DNA of 64,000 nucleotides from Escherichia coli O127:H6 str. E2348/69 (GTDB lineage Bacteria; Pseudomonadota; Gammaproteobacteria; Enterobacterales; Enterobacteriaceae): NCBI RefSeq assembly GCF_000026545.1, contig NC_011601.1; one strand, 5' to 3'. Shown piece by piece: positions 61,017 to 64,000 of this stretch (position 1 is its first letter; each line of letters starts with the position of its first letter). The notes under the pieces were generated by a model. It saw only the letters and a program-made list of their open reading frames with translations, ran no database searches and was not told where the DNA came from. The position numbers and the translations under genes were made by a program.

Positions 61017-62675
61017 GTGTTGACCCCGTTGACGGCCTTCGCGGGAGTGCGGTTGCGCTGGCCTGCCATGATGCGACTCACTTGCATCGGCATTCTGGCG
61101 CAGTTCGCGCTCCTGCTGCTCGCCTTTGGCGTACTGACGTATTGTTTTCTCATCAGCGATTTCTCGGTCATTTATGTCGCCCAACATAGCTATAGCCTGC
61201 TGTCGTGGGAACTCAAACTGGCGGCGGTGTGGGGCGGTCATGAAGGTTCGCTGCTGCTTTGGGTGCTGCTGCTTTCCGCCTGGAGCGCGCTGTTTGCCTG
61301 GCATTATCGACAGCAAACCGATCCGCTATTTCCGCTGACGCTAGCCGTTTTATCTCTCATGCTCGCCGCACTGCTACTGTTTGTGGTGCTGTGGTCCGAT
61401 CCCTTCGTACGGATATTTCCGCCAGCAATCGAAGGCCGCGATCTCAATCCGATGCTGCAACATCCCGGTCTTATCTTTCATCCACCGCTGCTTTATCTCG
61501 GCTACGGCGGTTTGATGGTGGCGGCGAGCGTGGCGCTGGCGAGTTTACTGCGCGGCGAGTTTGATGGTACCTGCGCCCGAATTTGCTGGCGTTGGGCACT
61601 ACCTGGCTGGAGCGCATTAACAGCGGGGATCATCCTCGGTTCCTGGTGGGCCTATTGCGAACTGGGCTGGGGCGGCTGGTGGTTCTGGGATCCGGTGGAA
61701 AACGCCTCTTTACTACCCTGGCTTTCTGCCACAGCGCTGCTGCACAGTTTATCCCTGACACGCCAGCGGGGGATTTTCCGCCACTGGTCGCTGTTGCTGG
61801 CGATAGTTACTCTGATGCTGTCGCTGCTGGGCACGTTGATTGTCCGTTCTGGCATTCTGGTTTCGGTTCATGCGTTCGCGCTGGATAACGTCCGCGCCGT
61901 GCCGTTGTTCGGCCTGTTTGCACTGATTAGCCTTGCGTCTCTGGCTCTGTATGGCTGGCGAGCGCGGGACGGTGGCCCGGCGGTGCGTTTTTCGGGGTTA
62001 TCGCGGGAAATGTTAATCCTCGCTACGCTGTTGCTGTTTTGCACAGTGCTACTGATCGTGCTGGTGGGAACGCTTTATCCGATGATTTACGGCCTGCTGG
62101 GCTGGGGACGCCTCTCCGTTGGCGCACCGTATTTTAACCGCGCGACGTTACCGTTTGGTATGTTGATGCTGGTGGTGATTGTGCTGGCGACGTTTGTCTC
62201 TGGCAAACGCGCGCAGCTTCCGGCGCTGCTGGCGCATGCGGGCGTGCTGTTATTTGCCGCGGGGATCGTGGTTTCCAGCGTCAGCCGTCAGGAGATCAGC
62301 CTGAATTTACAGCCGGGTCAGCAGGTGATGCTGGCAGGATACACCTTCCGTTTTGGGCGCCTCGATCTGCAAGCCAAAGGCAATTACACCAGCGAAAAAG
62401 CGATAGTGGCGCTGTTTGACCATCAGCAACGCATTGGTGAATTAACGCCGGAGCGGCGTTTTTACGAAGCACGTCGTCAGCAAATGATGGAACCGTCAAT
62501 TCGCTGGAATGGCATCCATGACTGGTATGCGGTCATGGGCGAGAAAACCGGAGCGGATCGTTACGCTTTTCGTTTGTATGTACAAAGCGGTGTGCGCTGG
62601 ATCTGGGGGGGAGGATTGTTGATGATTTCGGGCGCATTGTTAAGCGGATGGCGGGGAAGGAAGCGCGATGAATAA
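61017..62675 (+). CDS. nrfE: CcmF-like haem lyase NrfE (552 aa if GTG 61017 is used; TTG 60993 is the ORF-track alternative)
   Basis: CcmF/NrfE-type membrane protein with WGGWWFWDPVEN tryptophan-rich motif; no ATG start available, start uncertain. Confidence 0.85.
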   Translation: MLTPLTAFAGVRLRWPAMMRLTCIGILAQFALLLLAFGVLTYCFLISDFSVIYVAQHSYSLLSWELKLAAVWGGHEGSLLLWVLLLSAWSALFAWHYRQQTDPLFPLTLAVLSLMLAALLLFVVLWSDPFVRIFPPAIEGRDLNPMLQHPGLIFHPPLLYLGYGGLMVAASVALASLLRGEFDGTCARICWRWALPGWSALTAGIILGSWWAYCELGWGGWWFWDPVENASLLPWLSATALLHSLSLTRQRGIFRHWSLLLAIVTLMLSLLGTLIVRSGILVSVHAFALDNVRAVPLFGLFALISLASLALYGWRARDGGPAVRFSGLSREMLILATLLLFCTVLLIVLVGTLYPMIYGLLGWGRLSVGAPYFNRATLPFGMLMLVVIVLATFVSGKRAQLPALLAHAGVLLFAAGIVVSSVSRQEISLNLQPGQQVMLAGYTFRFGRLDLQAKGNYTSEKAIVALFDHQQRIGELTPERRFYEARRQQMMEPSIRWNGIHDWYAVMGEKTGADRYAFRLYVQSGVRWIWGGGLLMISGALLSGWRGRKRDE

Positions 62676-63051
62676 AGGGCTTCTCACGCTACTGCTGTTA
62701 TTTACCTGTTTTGCGCGCGCTCAGGTTGTAGACACCTGGCAATTCGCCAATCCGCAACAACAGGAACAGGCGTTAAATATTGCCAGCCAGTTACGTTGTC
62801 CGCAGTGCCAGAATCAGAACTTACTGGAATCCAATGCGCCGGTGGCAGTCAGTATGCGCCATCAGGTTTACACCATGGTGGAAGAGGGGAAAAGTGAAGT
62901 CGAAATCATTGACTGGATGACCGAACGCTACGGAGATTTTGTTCGCTATAACCCACCGTTAACGGGTCAGACGCTGGTGTTGTGGGCGCTGCCAGTAGTG
63001 TTGTTACTGCTGATGGCACTGATCCTCTGGCGAGTGAGGGCGAAGCGATGA
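62668..63051 (+). CDS. nrfF: CcmH-like thiol-disulfide protein NrfF (127 aa)
   Basis: Signal peptide and LRCPQCQNQ motif. Confidence 0.9.
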   Translation: MNKGLLTLLLLFTCFARAQVVDTWQFANPQQQEQALNIASQLRCPQCQNQNLLESNAPVAVSMRHQVYTMVEEGKSEVEIIDWMTERYGDFVRYNPPLTGQTLVLWALPVVLLLLMALILWRVRAKR

Positions 63052-63644
63052 AACAGCCCAAAATACCGGTGAAAATGCTGACAACACTCACGATTTTGAT
63101 GGTATTTCTCTGTGTCGGCAGTTATCTGTTAAGTCCAAAATGGCAGGCGGTACGTGCGGAGTATCAGCGTCAGCGCGATCCGCTGCATCAGTTTGCCAGC
63201 CAGCAAACCCCGGAAGCGCAGCTTCAGGCATTGCAGGATAAAATCCGTGCTAATCCACAAAACAGCGAACAGTGGGCGTTACTGGGCGAGTATTATCTGT
63301 GGCAAAACGATTACAGCAATTCGCTGCTGGCGTACCGTCAGGCGTTGCAACTACGTGGTGAGAACGCTGAACTGTATGCGGCGCTGGCGACGGTGCTTTA
63401 TTACCAGGCCAGCCAACATATGACCGTCCAGACTCGCGCAATGATCGACAAAGCCCTCGCGCTGGACTCTAACGAAATCACCGCTCTGATGCTGCTGGCT
63501 TCCGATGCGTTTATGCAGGCGAATTACGCGCAAGCCATCGAACTATGGCAAAAAGTGATGGATCTCAACTCACCCCGGATCAACCGGACACAGCTGGTCG
63601 AGTCGATTAATATGGCGAAATTGTTGCAGCGGAGATCAGATTAA
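63048..63644 (+). CDS. nrfG: TPR-repeat haem-lyase accessory protein NrfG (198 aa)
   Basis: Translation from [13 protein letters not shown] with TPR-like repeats; start overlaps nrfF stop (ATGA). Confidence 0.9.
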   Translation: MKQPKIPVKMLTTLTILMVFLCVGSYLLSPKWQAVRAEYQRQRDPLHQFASQQTPEAQLQALQDKIRANPQNSEQWALLGEYYLWQNDYSNSLLAYRQALQLRGENAELYAALATVLYYQASQHMTVQTRAMIDKALALDSNEITALMLLASDAFMQANYAQAIELWQKVMDLNSPRINRTQLVESINMAKLLQRRSD

Positions 63645-63986
63645 TCATCTGGTGATGAAGATTATGTTATTGAGCTGAATAAAAAATAATCGAACGAACA
63701 TATAATTAAAAATAATCACTAATCAGTATTATTGCAGATTAAATAAATAAAAATCCTTCTATAACAAATGGTTATTCATTAATCCTGCCATAAACTCGCG
63801 TTATTATGCATTAATGCAGCGAAAAGCTCTGTTGTTAAAGGGTTGCGCAACATACCGCGCAAATGATACTGATCATAAGCGTTAAAAAAATCTACAAACC
63901 AACGCAACACAATTCATGCCCTGGCAGTATGTCACGTTCTCGCGTTTCTGAACGGGGAACGGCGCTCCATTGAGGAAGTTATTCTG

Positions 63987-64000
63987 ATGAAAAATATAAA
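63987..64000 (+). CDS. gltP: first codons of a gene running off the window (MKNIK...), consistent with glutamate/aspartate:proton symporter GltP
   Basis: ATG preceded by RBS GAGGAAG; only 14 nt in window; identity by synteny and memory. Confidence 0.4.

Overview
This window is enterobacterial chromosome, colinear with the Escherichia coli K-12 region around 91-92.5 min (yjbH-psiE-malGFE/malK-lamB-malM-ubiCA-plsB-dgkA-lexA-dinF-zur-dusA-pspG-qor-dnaB-alr-tyrB ... aphA-uvrA-ssb-soxSR-ghxP-yjcE-actP-acs-nrfABCDEFG-gltP). All gene identities and all comparisons to K-12 are from reading the ORF translations against remembered protein sequences; no search was run. Three blocks are not explained by the core backbone: (1) a 1,550-bp IS50/Tn5-like insertion sequence between lamB and malM; (2) a two-gene PnuC-like transporter plus HTH-less NadR-like enzyme module between alr and tyrB; (3) a 13.6-kb island between tyrB and aphA carrying a complete second 2-oxoglutarate dehydrogenase complex (E1, E2 and its own E3), a succinyl-CoA synthetase pair, a DASS-family transporter, an Ldh_2-family dehydrogenase and a sensor kinase / sigma-54-dependent regulator pair, with two sigma-54 promoter-like motifs. 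The island is the best candidate for the system of interest, but I believe it corresponds to the already described KguS/KguR alpha-ketoglutarate utilisation island of uropathogenic E. coli rather than to something undescribed; that attribution is from memory. Other observations: qor is split by a 5-bp tandem duplication; malM carries a 15-bp in-frame tandem repeat; several K-12 genes appear to be absent (xylE, yjbL/yjbM, yjcF); REP clusters, LexA boxes and the SoxR operator are recognisable.
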